A DNA stretch of 64,000 nucleotides from Heptranchias perlo (Eukaryota): contig NC_090330.1 of assembly GCF_035084215.1 (NCBI RefSeq), positions 28,582,001-28,646,000 of the forward strand, in the 5' to 3' direction. This document shows, piece by piece, positions 1-14,281 of this stretch; position 1 is the stretch's first letter; each line of letters opens with the position of its first letter. A program made the position numbers and the translations under genes. Below the pieces are notes generated by a model that had not been told where the DNA came from, ran no database searches, and saw only the letters and a program-made list of their open reading frames with translations.

Positions 1-1340
1 GGATTGTAAATGTAATGGGAAATACGTTTTGAGTATTTGTCCTTACACTCAAGTACTAATTAGATAACCAGTGCCAGTGGAATTAATTAAACTTCTAATT
101 TCTGACACGGGCAATAGGATACTTTATAACTGGTAAATTGTAGAAATTATTTTCAGTAATTATTTTTCAAGAATTTTTTTTTATCAGTGATGTTAGACAT
201 AATTTCACAATCTGAGGTTTCTTTATAACATAACTGAAGGTGGGCACATCCACATAACCTCTTGCTTGGTCTATGGATAGTACATTGAAAGATGTACTAT
301 CCATAAACCTTCTACATGGAGATTCTCAAGCGACTGGGGTTAATAGATCGCAGGTTTGCAGCGCTGTCTGTGGGATGGAAAGTCTGCAGCATTCTGCGCG
401 TCACAAAGACAGGATGTTCAAGAGCTCGAACCCACACCCAGCTCAAGACCGCTTTAACCTAACCCAACTCAATCCATCTTGGGGCTTGGTGTGTGCTCAG
501 TCTCAATTCACGAAGTCTGCTTTGAGCGAGGTCTCTGGGCATTAACTGTGGTGCAAAGTAGTAACCCACTGGACAATAAATCCAAATGAATGAAAGATTA
601 CCAATTGTCTCCGATCATTTTCACACCATGCTTGCGTAAAGACACTTAAAAAATTGAAATCGAATTTCAAGCATCTTGCTAACTTTGAATGGAGACGGAA
701 AAGTCGAGTTAGAAGGTACTTTTTGTGCGGCAGTTTTAATTTTGATTCAGTAGTAGGATGACATTTTAGTTATGTATAAGATTCATCAATAATATGTAAA
801 TTTCTAATCCCTCGTGTAAGTAAAAGACAGTATATTATTATAGTGATCAGCCAGCTCAGAATGTGCAATCGAGAGTTAAATTAGGTACCCCGCCCCCCAC
901 CCACCTCCGAACGATTTTATTTAGCCCAGGGATAGAATAGTAAATACACCAGGAGGTAACGTGTACCACAATACCAATTAAATGCACTTTTTTTTATTTT
1001 AGTAACTAAGTGGAACCGAATTTAATAAATTAAGACAAAATGATAAAGAAAGAACAGAATAAATGGAATGTTGTCAAATTCGCTGGCAATTTAAACGGGC
1101 GGGGGTCACGAATGTTACTTTTTCCATGTGTTTTTTATATATTTGTAGAGTATATGGTCTTATTTCCTAGCACAGGCTAGAAGTCCAAGGGTCAGTAATG
1201 AATCACCATTATTAAAATGTAATTTCAGGTACATAACACATTCGTGCTTCAATAATGGAAAAATAAAACCACCCTTCCATCATGCGTCCATTCCCCTTGT
1301 TCAGAAGTGTTTTCTTCCACGTCAGGGATGAATCGTGTTC
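1..1340. promoter_or_regulatory. CpG-enriched 5' part of flt1 intron 1 (probable CpG-island shore)
   Basis: About 30 CpG by eye in AT-rich non-repeat DNA, far denser than the following unique intron; GC boxes near 888 and 1097. Confidence 0.4.
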
Positions 1341-4300
1341 ACTGATGGACATGCCTCAGTGATTTCTTATAATAGTGTCTAGCAGTATTCAACAATTTTT
1401 GGTGTACGTATAAAGCTAGTTTTGTAGTGTAGCTATCAGTCTGAGACCAGTAGCTATAGAATCTATTCCAGCCTGACAGAATATGATTCATCCTGCTTTG
1501 TGAATTGATCCAGTAGAGAACTCTGTGCATACAGCTATATACACTCTCAAAACAATTCTGTATAAAGTTTTCTGAAGTGACTGAGATCCAAGGAGCTCCC
1601 TGAGTATTTTAAACCAGGTGTGACAATGGAGTTATACTTGACTTCAAACCCAGGCAGTGTGAAAAGGTTTCCTCAAGGGGGCCTGTCTGAGACAGCTTCC
1701 TCCAACAACTGTTAGGCAAGAATGCAAAAGTGGTTGTAGAATTACACCCAAAAAGTGGAGGCAGGTAGGATACTAAACAATGATGCATATAATTGAACAT
1801 CTATATTTCAGCATTAACAACTGCCTTACATTAAATAATATATTTTCATTGTATTTCATTCAATGCAATTGTAACAATATAATACTATACCACACCATAA
1901 CTAAGCAAGGGAAACAAGTGCTGAATATGAAAGAGAAAACTAGATTTTGTTTTGTGTATCTTGACATTTTTTGATAAGGGATTGTCCTCCATAGAGTACT
2001 TGACAATTGTCAACAGGAGCATATATTTTAAATCACTTCTTGGGATTGTTCATGTAGAAATTGCCAACCAGCTAAAAATATGGTTTGCTAGTGGTAATTT
2101 GAAAGCTCGGTTTTGATAAATTATCTTTATTAGCTGTTAAGTTGTAGTATTATAAAGAGGGCCCTGAACAATATTCAAATAGTAGCTGTAAGCTTGTAAT
2201 TTCTGAATCATCTTTGGTACAGTGACATGTCTACCAAATGTTTTAAAATGTACAATGTCATAATGAACTTTAACAAAAGGAAAAAACTTTACTTTGTAAC
2301 CAGGAAAGGTGGAGCCACAGTCCCCATTCCGAAGCGCGCGCACACACACAGTGGGGGTATTGTTTACTAGCCTGAGAGTGAAATTTTGGTAAATTAATGA
2401 GTGACTGATCAGCACAGTCACAATAGCAATTAAATGCACTTTTACTCTTTTCTCAGTTCTATTGTAGTAACTAAGTGGACCCAGGCAAAACGGATTAAGT
2501 CAAACAACTGGTTCCATGCTGATTAAACAACAAACAAGCTAATTTAAAATTGACATTCTTAATATTGACCCAGAGTTTGGTTTATCTTCCTTTCAGCATT
2601 TTACTTCATGCTGGATACCATATTGAAGTGTGGTGTGAGTGAAAGTCTCTAATAATTTCTGTGTCCTATTTTTTGCTTTGTTGGATATAGGACTGCAACA
2701 TTTTGTTGGAACTTCTCTACATTTATTCTAAAGTGGAGGTCACTGCATCTAAAAACTGCACAGTATGGTGAAAGGGCCTTTCTAGTGTGTCAATGTATGT
2801 CACTGCTTTTCGCTTCTGATTGTTCTGGATTCAGACCTCAGGACAATCCTTTATGCCTCCTCTGGAGTTCAGAAGAATTTATTTTACTCCATTGCACAGC
2901 TTTGAGCTAAAGCTACGGGATGCTCAGGGAGTTAGCTACAGTAATGTATCTAAATACTTCTTTACGTATTTTGGTAGCGCAGCCTATAACGAATACACAC
3001 CTGTGTGCCTTCAGATTTATGCAGGAGTAAGATTCAATGTAGCCACCATTTATTTTTTTCAGCAATAGAACTGTGATGGCTTTTCACCTTTATGATTACA
3101 GAAGGTTTTATATTTAACAATGCATGAGAAAATGTCTAATGAGGCTTGAAATGTATGCAGAAGGACCACTGTGCAAAACCATTGCTGCATGATTGATAAC
3201 TTTGTTACAAGTTGATGGCTATTTAGATCTTAAAGGTCAGGGGCTCTGTACACACCATGATTTGTTAACGGGAGTTAGATTTGTCCTCTATTAAAACTAC
3301 TTTAAAGTGATTTAAAATACATTGATTGACAAAAACATCAGTTTCTCACAGAAGCCATCCAATTGTAAAACTTGCCATGTGACTTTTTAATTAAAGTGTA
3401 TACCTGTAATTTAATCCGTTGTTTTTACTTACTAACGTAATGGCATGGGCATAAATAAAGAAGTAAAATGTACTGAATAATGTCAATGCTGCTTATAAGA
3501 TATTTACATTTTTTCTTTCGTACATATTTCCAGTCACTATTCAAGTGGTTCACAAAAGTAAATTACAGATTTTGGTAAGATTGAGACTGTCCTGAAGATT
3601 GGAAAGAAAACTCTTACATACAATTACACATAGTAGACTTAAGTGTATGCATGTAAAACTACTTGGAAATGAGTCACTGCTAAATAATGCATGTCAGACA
3701 ATCGTCCATTCAAAATCAGACAGAAAGCAATAGTAATAATTAATACCATGTTTCTAGGAATCTGGGTGTGGAAATTCCTGATTGCGCAGTTGTTTTTTCA
3801 TAGTTTGGGTTTACATTGCACGGAGTATTCAGACAAAATAGATATAAATAGAATTGTTTCACTTTAAGATGATTTTTTTTAGAATAATCCACTGGAAGAA
3901 TATAAATGTGGTCAGTTGTAACATTTGCTACCACTCTGAACTTAATTACAATTAAATAATATTGAATATTAAGTAATATTAAATAGAATTCCAGAGCTAG
4001 CTGTCTACCAACACAATCAGTCACTTCCTCAAATAGTGTAGACACATGGTTTTTATGCTGCTGTACTAATAATCCCTTCCATTTTCATTTAGAGAGGACT
4101 ATTGTATTATTTGAGTTTTGCTGAAAAATTTTCTTGAACAGTGAAGGGTATGGTATAATACACCCATGGAAAGTATAAAAAGGTAATGGTATAATACACC
4201 CATAGAAGTCATTTAAAAAGGGGGAGCAATATTGGAATTTATTTTATGTGGCTCCCACATTTCTGAGTTTTTCTCAGCCTTCTTTATGTTGGAATCACAA

Positions 4301-4986
4301 AAAATAGTCACAGTCAGGTGTAGGTCACTGCAGGGTAGGCTCCCAATGGTCGCTTGGTGACAGACAAGTTGATAAATTGCAATGTATTTTCGAGCAGTGA
4401 CCCTTTAAAGAAGCCTGTGTCAAAGTAAAGCGGATAGAATTTAACCACTTTGCAAATATTGACATTAGGAGTGTCTTTCCAAAGCCTTTAATGCAGATAA
4501 TCTCATTTATTATTTTGACCATTACTGTACTTACAGTTGGGTAAGAGAGTATTTGTGGTATGGATTGTGTAAAAGAACATCACCAAATATTTTCAGAACC
4601 CTTTCAACACTTATGTACTTTCTTCACATATCCCATGATGGATACATGATTTGCACAAACACTTGCAAACAATAGCATTTATTCTAGTTTATAAAGGGAC
4701 AAGAAAGGCACAGGTCAATTGTTGCTAAACTGCAGTAGCAGTTTTTTGCTTTGTTAATACTTATACTTCTGGTGATCTCATACTGAAACTGTTTTATTTT
4801 ACTGATTTTTCATAGGTGTTCAGGAATAGATAACCTAAGATGAGTCAAATGTATATTTAAAAAAACCTTCCAAATGGTTTGACCTCCTGGTGATCAAGTG
4901 GACATTCCTATTTTTCCGGAGGAGTGTTACTTTCTTACTTAGTGAAGAATTGAGAATATTTTAACCCTTTGGTATATCATTGTACC

Positions 4987-5062
4987 AAGGGCAATATGGG
5001 ATGGGCAATAAATGCTGGCCTTGCCAGCAACGCCCACATCCCATGAACAAATTTTTTAAAAA
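4987..5062 (+). mobile_element. 3' tail fragment of a second CR1-group LINE family
   Basis: gggatgggcaataaatgctggccttgccagc..cgcccacatcccatgaa, same tail as the RT-bearing copy at 52771-53727. Confidence 0.7.
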
Positions 5063-6365
5063 GCACAGGAAGAGGCCATTCGGTCCATCGTGCCTGTGCC
5101 AGCTCTTCAAAAGAGCTATCCAATTAGTCCCATTCCCTTGCTCTTTCCCCATGGACCTGTAATTTTTTTCCCTTCATGTATTTATCCAATTCCTTTTTGA
5201 AAGTTACTATTGAATCTGCTTCCACCACTCTTACAGGTAGTGCATTCCAGATCACAACAACTCGCTGTGTAAAAAAATGTTTCCTCATGTCACCTCTGGC
5301 TCTTTTGCCGATCACCTTAAATCTGTGTCCTCTGGTTACCAACCCTTCTGCCACTGGAAACAGTTTCTCCTTATTTACTCTGTCAAAACCATTCATGATT
5401 TTGAACACCTCTATCAAATCTCCTCTTAACCTTCTCTGTTCTAAGAAGAACAATCCCAGCTTCTCCAATCTCTCCACATAACTGAAGTCCCTCATCCCTG
5501 GCACCATTCTAGTAAATCTCTTCTGCACCCTCTCTAAGGCCATGACATCCTTCCTAAAGTGTGGTGCCCAGAATTGAACACAATACCCCAGCTGTGGCCT
5601 AACCAATGTTTTATAAAGGTTTAGCTTAACTTCCTTGCTTTTGTACTCTATGCCTCTATTAATAAAGCCCAGGATCCCATATGCTTTTTTAACCCTTCTC
5701 AACTTGTCCTGCCACCTTCAAAGATTTGTGTACATATACCTCCAAGTCTCTCTGTTCCTGCACTCCCTTTAAAATTGAACCATTTAGTTTATGTTGCCTC
5801 TCCTCATTCTTCCTACCAAAATGTATCACTTCACACTTCTCTGCGTTAAATTTCACCTGCCATACGTCTGCACATTTCACCAGTCTGTCTATGTCCTCTT
5901 GAATTCTGTTCCTATTCTCCACATTATTTACTACATTTCTGAGTTTCATGTCATCTGCAAACTTTGAAATCATACCCTCTATACCCAAGTCCAGGTCATT
6001 AATAGATATCAAAAAGAGCAGTGGTCCTAATACTGACCTCTAGGGAACACCACTGCATACTTTCCTCCAATCTGAAAAACAACTGTTCACCACTACTCTC
6101 TGCTTCTGTCCCTTAGCCAGTTTTTATATCCAGGCTGCTACTGTCCCTTTAATTCCATGGGCTTTAATCTTGCTAACCAGTCTATGATGTGGTGCTTTAT
6201 CAAATGCCTTTTGAAAGTCCATACATACAACATCAACTGCACTACCCTCATCAACCCTCTATGTTACTTCATCGAAGAACTCAATCAAGTTAGTCAAACA
6301 CAATTTTCCTTTAATAAATCTGTGCTGACTTTCATTATTAGCCCATACTTTTCCAAGTGCCAATT
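5063..6365 (-). mobile_element. CR1 LINE, 5'-truncated (ORF2 RT C-terminal part + 3' UTR)
   Basis: KFADD, LYKTLVRPQLxYCVQFWAP, [12 protein letters not shown] motifs in ORFs 5124-5702 and 5689-6012. Confidence 0.95.
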
Positions 6366-7525
6366 ACACACAATAAGCTTATAATATTTGCAGAGGTGTA
6401 ACAAAATATAAACTGGGCTCAAATTAATTGCTAGGATATCTATAAATAATAATGTCAAAACAAATAAAGGATGAACAGTTAATAAAATTACACTCCTCAG
6501 ATCTTTAAAGGCTCTTCAAGGAGGTAATAATATGATGTTGATTGGTTTCTAATTGTTGCATATATATTGAAACCACAAGGGGCACGGCTTTTCATATTGC
6601 TGTTTGGCATGGGTGAATGCCTTAGCAGTAGACTTAATCCTATTTGTTGGAATAAGCATAAGCTTGGTATAAGCTGAAGTATTAGGAATGCTACTTGATA
6701 TACTGATTACATACAAGGTACTTAAACAATTTCCATATAATTTCAGCACACCTGAAACATATGGAAAAAATTGACTGTACATTTTGTTTGGGGGGGAAAA
6801 TGTGGATAGTGGTATTTTGCGAACCATGTGCTAATTGTCTGGAACTGTACATTTTGGTTGACTTTTTTCAAAAATTATATTCTAGGGTAGTTTTTCTGCT
6901 TATCAAGGTGAGTGAGATCAGTGCTAGGAAATAGAATACTTTTCCATTTGAAGCATTCATTGTCAGTGTTCAGCAGGTCAAGGATAACATGGTTCAGGTG
7001 TAGAGTAAAGGTTTCTGTCCCAGCAACATCATATAACCATGACTTCAAAAGATCAGCCCTGTGTGAATATTTCCACTTCCACATTAGGTATCCAGTGTTG
7101 TGCATATTTTGTATATAGTGTCAGTTAGATGGCACTGACACAACCTGAGCTGTTTCAGAATATTCTAGACTGGCCTGCAATTGCAACATAGCCAAAAATC
7201 TAAGCTTTTCATGGATCACAAGCGAGATCATGATAGTGTCCTGATGAGCATAGCTAGAAAGTATAGTATAATCGTATACAAGTAGAAATATATAAATGAT
7301 TATACCTATATTTATGATTGAAATAAGGGGAAAATTGATTGATTATGGTAAAAATTTGCTATTTGCTGTGTATTAAATCAATATTTGACAGCAAAATACA
7401 GAACATTTACAAAGTGATTTTTCTCACATCTTGATGGAGAGTTCTTCTATTTGCGGCTAAATCATGAACCCCATAACTACAATAGAGGAAATATTACATT
7501 GTTGTAAATTGGAACTCAATTCATT

Positions 7526-8335
7526 TAGGAACATAGGAATAGAAGTAGGCCATTCATGCCCTCGAGCCTGTTCCGCCATTCAAAGAGATCATGGCTGATC
7601 TGTATCCTAACTCCATTTACTCACCTTGGCTTCATATCCCTTAATACCCTTGGCTAGCAAAAATCTATGGATCTCAGATTTAAAATTATTAATTGAGCTA
7701 GCATCTACTGCTTTTTGTGGGAGACAGTTCCACACTTCTACCCCCCTTTGCGTGAAAACATGTTTCCTAACTTCTCTGCTGAATGACCTGGTTCTGATTT
7801 TAAGATTATGTCCCCTTGTCCTAGACTCCCCCAGCAGCAGAAAAAATTTCTCCCTACCCTATCAATTCCTTTCAAAATCCTAAAACCTCAATCAAAGCAC
7901 CCCTTAACCTTCTTTATTTGAGGGAATACAAGCCTAGTTTATGTAATTGCTCCTCATAATTTAACCCTTGGAGCCTTGGTAACATTCTGGTGAGTCTGCA
8001 CTGCACTCATTCCAAGGCCAATATATCCTTTCTAAGGTGCGGTGCCCAGAACCATACACAGTACTCCAGGTGTGGTCTAACTAGGACTTTGTATAGCTGT
8101 AGCAAAACTTCCTCCTTTATATTCTATCCCTCTTTTATATATTATAACAGCTAATATTCCATTAGCTTTTTTGATTATTATTTTTTGTACCTGACCACTA
8201 CATTTTAGTGATCTGTGTACATGGACCCCTAAATCTCTTTGGACCTCCACTGTTCCTAGTTTTTCACCATTTTAAAAAAAATACTTGAATCTATCCTTTT
8301 TTTGGTCCAAAATGGATGACATTACACTTATCTGC
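7526..8335 (-). mobile_element. CR1 LINE fragment (3' end)
   Basis: aggaacatagga tail; degenerate ORF2 C-terminus on - strand. Confidence 0.85.
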
Positions 8336-8371
8336 TAAGTATCAAATAACACAGCAAGGGTGTTTATCTAG

Positions 8372-8508
8372 TGTCAGCTTGTTTCAGTGGTAGCACTCTC
8401 ACCTCTCTCAGAAGGTGATGGGTTCAAACCTCACTCCAGGACTTGAGGACCTAATCTAGGCTGATACTTCAGTGCAGTACTGAGGGAATGGTGCATTGTT
8501 GGAGGTGA
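8372..8508 (+). mobile_element. tRNA-derived SINE 5' part (Deu-domain type)
   Basis: A/B-box-like cagtggtagcac...gggttcaaac followed by cagtgcagtactgagggaatggtgcattgttggaggtg. Confidence 0.6.
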
Positions 8509-10434
8509 TTTGTCTCACGCACACCTGAACATGTCTTAGATGGCCTGGAGGTGCTTTTAAATCTGCCTCCTGAAAGATAGGAAAAATGTACGTGGTGGCA
8601 CGTGTGATTTCATTGTATCCAGTAGACACAACATGGCTAAAACTATTATGGTCCCCGGGCTATGCTAGATATTGGGTAATAAAGGTACTTTCTAGATTGT
8701 AGGGCATGCTAGGTCTACTGGCAGGAGTGACTGCTGATGTCAAACCTGACAGAATATCTAGTTCAGACCTGAAATTTTAACAAAGCACAATGGGGAATGT
8801 TTTCTACTCATTAAAACTGATGAACACTAGGAGATAAAACTGAAATTGCCAGTTTTTTTATTTTCAGTACAATTCCTTGTTTTCCAACCCAAAACACAGG
8901 GCGTGAAATTAAAACTAAATCTGCTGTTGCTTGTTAAGGCTTATTAATGCCTTGTTAGTGAATTTTCAGAGAAAGTTGAGGCAGCTTTCAATGGGGAAAA
9001 TTAAAATGACCAGGTAATAATTAGCTGATCCGTCAGCTGAACTTAATTCAACAATGGAGCAACTAAATATTTGATGCGGTTGTTATATTAACTGATTCAT
9101 TGTTGCTGGGATAAGATTATCCTGGAACTTAGGCTCCACTGGAAACTAAACACCTGCTCCCTCATCTACTAGCAAGCTTTCAAATGTGCTGATCACCAGC
9201 ACTGATCCATTGAGAAGCATCAGGTATTTTTTTCTCATGGGAAATCAAAGATTTCAAGATTCAAATCTTTTAATTCATCATTACAAACGTAGAGACGGCT
9301 GGAACCAAACAATCAATTAATTTTATTGTAATTTTCAACACTTTCTACTCAAATAGATAATGGACACAATTTTTAAAGTGTAGTTTACTTTTTATTTCTG
9401 ATTTCAAAACTCTATTATACACACGAGCAAATACTTTAGTTCTAATGTAATGATCTATGGATCACTCTTTAAAAATCCACATGTGGCTGTGTTAGTGGAT
9501 TGGGCTTTACAAGCTTATTCATGTGCTTAATTTCTTGTAGGTTTCTACTCTCTAAAGCTGGATGACTGGACTTGTTTGTTACTTTACGTAGTTAAGCAAC
9601 TTGAGAGTCATGAAAATGTTGTTATTGCAGGTGGGCCCTGATTGGTTAATTCTGCCAGTCAGGCTAACAAAATCCTATTAAGAAACTCACCCAGCAGAAA
9701 ACTGTATTTCTATTTGCTAGTAAAATGAACTCTTTGGTTTCTAAAATCAGAAAATATCTTTATCACTGGGGCAGTGTACAGGAAACCCTATTTTTCAGCT
9801 CTGTATCCCACACATGGCTGGGATTCTTGATGCTGACAGAGAGTGCCCAAAGAGGAAAAGTGTTCAATTCATCAGCTCTGACACTCCACGTAATTCAACA
9901 AAAAGTTCAGGTTTTAGGAAAAGAAACTTTTCATGTTGTTAAAGGCTTTGTGTTGTCAAAAAGAAAATACTGGTTAAAATTGGTGGTGACAGAGCAGCCA
10001 GTTAAGCAATGTCGAAGGCAGTGACTGACAAATAAGTCCAGCAATTTGTTGATTAAATATAGTTTTGAAAGTGAATGGGAGTTTCACAGGGGTAATTTTT
10101 TTTCCTTTTGGAAGATGGTGCTTTTGAGAACATTCATGTGTTCAGTATAAAAGTCATTGTGGACTTTTCTACTGATCAGCATTTTTAATAACATTACTAA
10201 AGTGACTTATTTACAGTAATATGATCATTTAGTGATACTTGTTGGACAAGATTATTTTAGTTTGTAAGCCAGAAATGTGTGAACATGCAGGGTCTTCAAA
10301 TTGTTGCTACCTTTTTGATATGCACGGCATTGTAGAGGTTATGTACTCCTGGCTGTTAACATCCAAAATTGTGCACATTCAAAGCTCATTTAAGAACTGC
10401 TGAAGAGCCAACAACCGGATAACATCAATTATGA

Positions 10435-11215
10435 CCATGCACAGAAGGAGGCCATTTGGCCCATCATGTCTACGCTGGCTCTTTGCTAGAGTAATCCAAA
10501 ATGAATCCCATTACCCTGCTCTCTTTCCCCATATCCCTGTACTTTCCTCTGCTTCCATTGTTTATCTACTTTTCCCATAAAAGATGCAAAGTTTTCTGCC
10601 TCTACTATTCCCTATGTCGATACATTCCATACACTTAAAAATTCTCCGCATAACAAAATATTTCCTAACTTGTCTTCTCACTCTCAGTGACAGTTTTAAA
10701 TTGATGACCCTTCTTCACTGACCTCTCAAACAGGGGAAAATAGTCTTTCCCTATTCACCCCAATAAACCATTCATAATTTAAAAAAACTTCTGTGATATC
10801 TTGCTGAGGCCTTCTCTGCTTCAGTGGAAAAGGTCTCTTTTGGTAACCATAGTTTATTTTTCCTGGTGAATCTATGGTGTATGTATGGCTTGAATATCCT
10901 TCCTATAATGGAATGCTGAAAACTGCAGACAGTACTCTAACTGTGGCCTAATCATTGCCTTCTGAAAATTTATCATAAGTTTTTTGCTCCTGTACTTTAA
11001 GTCCCAATTTATAAAAAAACAAAATGATACTGGCCTTTTTAATGGCTTTACCTGCCTGTGCACTCATTTTCTAAGAATTATGCATTCCTCGGCCTCTCTG
11101 CTCTTCCACAGCCTTCACTATCTTTCCTTTGCGTTGATACTCCCATTCCTTGTTATTCCTTTCATAATGGCACAGGCTCGATGGGCCGAATGGCCTCCTT
11201 CTCTGCTGTAACCAT
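10435..11215 (-). mobile_element. Old CR1 LINE fragment
   Basis: degenerate IRPQLEYCLQF motif (ORF 10872-11063) and CR1 3' UTR. Confidence 0.75.
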
Positions 11216-11707
11216 TCTAGGGGCTAGAAATTGGGCCGTGTAGCACCCGTTGTTTTGGCGCTATGCGGCCTTTCGAAGTGCCAAGTTGGCATCTTGGCTG
11301 CGCACTCATGTTTCCAGCATGACGTGCGCTGGATGCCATTTTGGTATAGGTATTACCGCGTGCGCTGAGTGCGATCGCCGGCAGTAAGTAAAGTAGGGAG
11401 AAAATGCGTACAATCAGTGTGCAATGTTTATTTAAAGTGATATGTTCCAAAATGGTGTTTAACGCTCAACTCAATGCACACCTGAACATGTCTTAGACGG
11501 CCCCCCACCTGCTCTATTTAACGGGACCATGCAGGTGTTGCAGGTTGGTTGCTGGATTATTGCTTCTGGCTGCTGGTGGAATTGGAAGTGTTTTTTTGAA
11601 GCTCCCTATATTACTGAGAGTTGCTACAGTACATTTGAGTGGTTTGGCAGGTACTGCCTTACAGTTTGAAAAGTTACAACCATGGTTGCACAACATTCCC
11701 GGCAACT

Positions 11708-12620
11708 ATGGGTGGTCTGCTAGGGCTCCCGCTGGGCATTGAGCACGACTGGGAGCATGCAGAGAGGCCACGCAGAGCAGGTCAAGCTGCGAAGAGAAGG
11801 AGGCGCAGGACACTGGGCAGGAGGCAGTATCTAATGAGGGCCTTCCGGGACCAATTCTCGTACCTCAACATGAGGGAGGAGCATTGCATCCGACGGCTGA
11901 GGTTCACCAAGGAGGTTGTGATGGAGATCTGTCAACTGCTGCGGCCGCAACTACAGCCTCTGAGCAGTGCAGGGACAGCATTGCCTGTGGCTGTGAAGGT
12001 AACCTTCTACAGCTCAGGATCATTTTAGTAGTGACATGTGCAACATCTTGCAGTATTCAGTGCACTGCTGCATAAGGAAGATCACAGACTCATTGTACGA
12101 GATGAGGAACAGGTTTATCATGTTCCCTTTTGATAGAGGTGAGCACGGGGGTTCGCTCACATAGCTGGCTTCCCCATGGTGCAGGGTGCCATTGACTGCA
12201 TGCACATTGCCCTGCGCGCCCCGCATTTCAACTCTCTCGTCTTCATGAACCGAAAGGACTTCTACTCCCTGAACGTGCAGCTGGGCATGCATCGAATCAT
12301 GGAGGTCAATGCCCACGACCCTGGGAGCAGTCACGATGCCTTTGCTATGCGGCAGTTCAACGTGCCAGCTATCTTTCACCTGGCTCGGCAGGTCAAAGGC
12401 TGGCTACTGGGCGACAAGGGCTATTCCCTCAGGCAGTGGCTCATGACTCTGGTCAGGAACCCATGCATACAGAGCAGGCCTACAAGGAGAAGACCCTGAG
12501 CCAGGGGAGAAGGAGAAGGGGGAGGAGCTGGAGGAGGAAGTGGAGGAAGACGCAAGGGTGCAACAGGGAACACGTCTTGTGTGCAAGGGCTCTGCGTGCT
12601 CGCTGATCCGTGCCCACTAT
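11708..12620 (+). pseudogene. Harbinger (HARBI1-like) DDE transposase, disrupted
   Basis: FSYLNMREEHCIRRLRFTKEVV...LPVAVKVT, GFPMVQGAIDCMHIAL, NRKDFYSLNVQ, PGSSHD, WLLGDKGY; deletions/frameshifts, third catalytic residue region lost. Confidence 0.9.
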
Positions 12621-14089
12621 CAATAATGTGAACTACATCCCCCAACTCAATAACAGTCCTACATTCCCCACCTGTCCGTTCCCACATGACAATCAAATCG
12701 CCCTCCATCTGATTACACATTGCTTTCCCCCTCAGCTCATCGCACAAATAAAACCGCTACCAAATTCAAATTCAAAGTCACATTTATCAATTAACAAATG
12801 AAATTATGCAAACAGAACAGGACTATTCACTCTTGTGCATTCCCTTAGTGACTGTCGCTCATGTGTCTTTACCTATCCTAGTGCTCCTACGAGCTGCATC
12901 CCCTGTGGCTGGAGCATGGGGGTGGAAGGCTGCTGGCCTTCAATGGAGGAGCATGCAGATGGTCTTGGAGGACAACCTCGAGCAGCTCCGGGGCAGTAAG
13001 GCCCCGCTTCAGACTGCACCATCTCGGCATGGACTGCAGCAGTCTGGCCTGGCTGGCTGATAGGCAACAACAAGGGCACTGACTGAGTGGCAGGGGTGGG
13101 AGCAGGAATGCTGCCATTCTGAGAGAGAACAGCAGGTCCGACTGCCATGGCACCACTGCCACTCTCCTGGGGCAGTGCCTCAGCAAGCCCGGTGATCAGC
13201 TGGAGAATGGATTGCTGGAGTGCTGTGACGACCTGCGAGCCTCATTCTACAATGGCACCCATAGCAGCAGTCTGCGCTTCCATTGCAGCAGTCTGAGCTT
13301 CAACCGTAGCTGGCAGACCTTTCATCACACTGCAATGGCAGCTGTTTGTGCTGCAATGGAAGCCGCGACATTGGCCATCATGGTGGTTCCACAGGTGTGC
13401 TGATTGAGGTGACCACCCATTCCATGTGAGAAAGGATGGGCTCCAAGCTCTGCATAAAGCCCTGTGCCAAGTTCGAGGTGGACTTCTCCATGACCCTTGT
13501 CATTGCGCGCAGGCTTTCCAGTGCATCAAGCATTTGGTGGTGTATGCCCATCAGCCATCTTCTGTAGCCTGGCCTATCAAAGCCCTCATCTGACTCCTCT
13601 GCAGCAGAACTAATGAGCGACCTCACCCTCCGGCGAGCTGGCACCTGTGGTATCCATTTCCCCCCCCACCCCTGCCCCGGCTCCTGCACAGTTGTGCCCG
13701 GTGTCTCACCACATGCAGATCCCTCCTCTAACTTAGCCTCTAAAGGACGTGCAGTGTCAGTCTCTGAGCTGGTCGATGCGAGTGTCAGATCGAGTGACGG
13801 TGTGGCTTCAGTGTCCACCGCCTTCTCCTCCTCGGACGGTGCCACTTGGGTGTTCTTGGGTATCTGGAATGACAAAGGGAAACAGGTTGAGTTGTGGAGC
13901 AGGGAGAGGAGCAAGTAAGACGTGCGGCCGACAGCATCTGCAGCATGTGAGTCAGAAAAGATTATGGGAGGAGGGAGATATGGGAAACAAGAAGGAGCAT
14001 TAGATATTCAGAGACGCTGTTCATTGGGACCTCCAGCGCAGCATGTGGTCACGGCTGCAGCGACGGCCCGCCCAATGATCCGAAGCACA

Positions 14090-14265
14090 GTCTCCTCCAA
14101 GGGGGTGAGGTCGTGTAGGTGTGCCTGTCCTCCCTCAGATCTCTCCTGCTGCCAGCTGTTGTGCGCCACCTTCTCCTGCAAGACAGAGGGCAGTATGTCA
14201 GTGAGTATCCTGCAAGGTGTCTGGGTGATGTGCCTATCATGGTTGAATAGCTGCCAGTGTGTGTG
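14090..14265 (+). repeat. 176-bp direct repeat, copy 1 (copy 2 at 15808-15983)
   Basis: identical except 2 substitutions seen. Confidence 0.95.
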
Positions 14266-14281
14266 TATTAGAATGTGTATC

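Noticed and set aside
273-545. 90-aa ORF as flt1 exon 1
   Set aside because: No hydrophobic signal peptide and no suitable phase-1 donor
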